A DNA stretch of 5,528 nucleotides from a virus. A program made the position numbers and the translations under genes. A model generated the notes under the pieces. It was not told the origin of the DNA. It made no database searches and saw only the letters and a program-made list of their open reading frames with translations. Shown one piece after another: positions 4,765 to 5,528 of the stretch (its first letter is position 1; every line of letters starts with the position of its first letter). Location of the stretch: positions 1-5,528 of IMG/VR virus record IMGVR_UViG_3300045988_005712; one strand, given 5' to 3'.

Positions 4765-4859
4765 GCGCTGTATTCGCAAGCATGACTATGGCATTTCTAG
4801 CAGCGGGGTTTTACCTCGTCATTAACGCAATCAACATCATTAAAGAATGGTTCAAATAA
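4761..4859 (+). CDS. Untracked 32-aa hydrophobic peptide with a single predicted transmembrane helix (MSAVFASMTMAFLAAGFYLVINAINIIKEWFK)
   Basis: The GTG start overlaps the upstream stop as GTGA (4761..4764), with GGAGG at 4747..4751 (9-nt spacer). Alternative ATG starts are at 4782 and 4788. TAA is at 4857..4859. The ORF exactly fills the gap before the next gene's SD. Confidence 0.4.
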   Translation: MSAVFASMTMAFLAAGFYLVINAINIIKEWFK

Positions 4860-4869
4860 GGAGAACAAC

Positions 4870-5106
4870 ATGAACGTATACGGAATTTTCGATAAATGCG
4901 TGATGGGTTACATCACCATCTTTACCGAACGCGACGACAAAGTGGCCGAACGCAATTTTAAAATCGCACTGACTGATGAACGAAACATCATGAGCAAGAC
5001 CCCGAGCGATTACCGGCTGGTAAAGCTGGCAAAATTCGACGAGAAAACGGGCCTGTTTGAGAATGAAAAGGAGAACATCTTCGATGGCGTATCGCTCAGT
5101 AAGTAA
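4870..5106 (+). CDS. Small nonstructural protein, gokushovirus VP5-like, 78 aa
   Basis: AAGGAG (4858..4863) lies 6 nt before the ATG. The pattern VYGIFD...ERDDKVAERNF...TPSDYRLVKLAKFDEKTGLF resembles the small conserved VP5/ORF5 family as I recall it (Y-I-D ... A-R-F ... P-DY-L ... FD--TG). The family assignment is from memory only. Confidence 0.55.
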   Translation: MNVYGIFDKCVMGYITIFTERDDKVAERNFKIALTDERNIMSKTPSDYRLVKLAKFDEKTGLFENEKENIFDGVSLSK

Positions 5107-5528
5107 TTTCAGAGAGACCGCAAGGACAAAACCTACCGAGGCCGGAGAGACCATGAGGCGCACATACCTTTGGGAGATCAACGAAAAAGGCGAAAAGGTA
5201 CTGAAGCCTGACCAAGTCATCGACCAGCAAGCGGAAATCGACAGCTATCTGGAAGAAACCAAGCTGGAAAACATCATCCGGCGGGCCTCCATCGACCCTG
5301 ACCTTGCGGCCAGACTAGTGCCGGACGTAGGCAATGGGATTCAGGACGCAACCGAGATGCCAGAAAACCTGATGGAGCTTCAGAACATCATACTGCGGGC
5401 GGAGCAAATCTGGGATGAGGTGCCGAAAGACATCAAACTCAAGTTTGACAACGACGTGGACAAATTCATCGCAAGTTTTGGAAGCGTCGAATGGGCCAAA
5501 AATCTGGGCATTTACCAAGAAAAAAAAG
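5084..5528 (+). CDS. VP3: Internal scaffolding protein VP3; runs off the window and finishes at 160 after circular wrap (161 aa from ATG 5084)
   Basis: Frame 2 is open from 5024 to the window end. AAGGAG (5068..5073) lies 10 nt before ATG 5084; alternative starts are 5063 and 5153. The block MPENLMELQNIILRAEQIWDEVPKDIKLKFDNDVDKFI is typical of the gokushovirus scaffold C-terminal half. The ORF track missed it because it crosses the window edge. Confidence 0.8.
   Translation, partial: MAYRSVSNFRETARTKPTEAGETMRRTYLWEINEKGEKVLKPDQVIDQQAEIDSYLEETKLENIIRRASIDPDLAARLVPDVGNGIQDATEMPENLMELQNIILRAEQIWDEVPKDIKLKFDNDVDKFIASFGSVEWAKNLGIYQEKK
5410..5528. repeat. Terminal direct repeat, copy 2 (identical to 1..119)
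   Basis: Same comparison as copy 1. The offset of 5409 nt gives the unit genome length. Confidence 0.97.

Noticed and set aside
4344-5518. Minus-strand ORFs 4344..4670, 4852..5220 and 5315..5518
   Set aside because: They are antisense to the SD-supported + strand small-gene block and to VP3, with Cys/Phe-rich composition typical of shadow frames.

Overview
The window is a complete circular ssDNA phage genome of the family Microviridae, gokushovirus-like. It was assembled with a 119-nt terminal overlap: 1..119 is identical to 5410..5528, so the unit genome is 5409 nt. All credible genes are on the + strand and tightly packed, with overlapping stop/start signals (GTGA, TAATG). In order they are: VP1 major capsid (157..1797, GTG start), VP2 pilot/minor capsid (1939..2745), VP4 HUH rolling-circle Rep (2745..3764), a block of small ORFs (4349..5106) and VP3 internal scaffold (5084..5528, wrapping to 160). 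The small-ORF block includes a basic J/VP8-like DNA-binding peptide, an untracked 32-aa transmembrane peptide and a VP5-like protein. Most genes have strong Shine-Dalgarno sites and there is a sigma70-type promoter, which argues for a host that uses SD-dependent initiation (not Bacteroidota-like). The unusual part is a roughly 584-nt ORF-free region (3765..4348, about 11% of the genome). From 5' to 3' it contains: a strong terminator; a 46-nt alternating purine/pyrimidine GC tract; a pure A/T tract; phased TAG trinucleotides resembling DnaA-trios; three same-orientation DnaA boxes, one a perfect TTATCCACA, interleaved with eight TGTTGAAA iterons; GC-rich hairpins; and a terminator with an embedded near-consensus promoter flanked by a 10-bp inverted repeat. 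I read this as an oriC-like, DnaA-recruiting module inside a rolling-circle phage. I know of no such module described for Microviridae, but that reading is an inference from motifs only.
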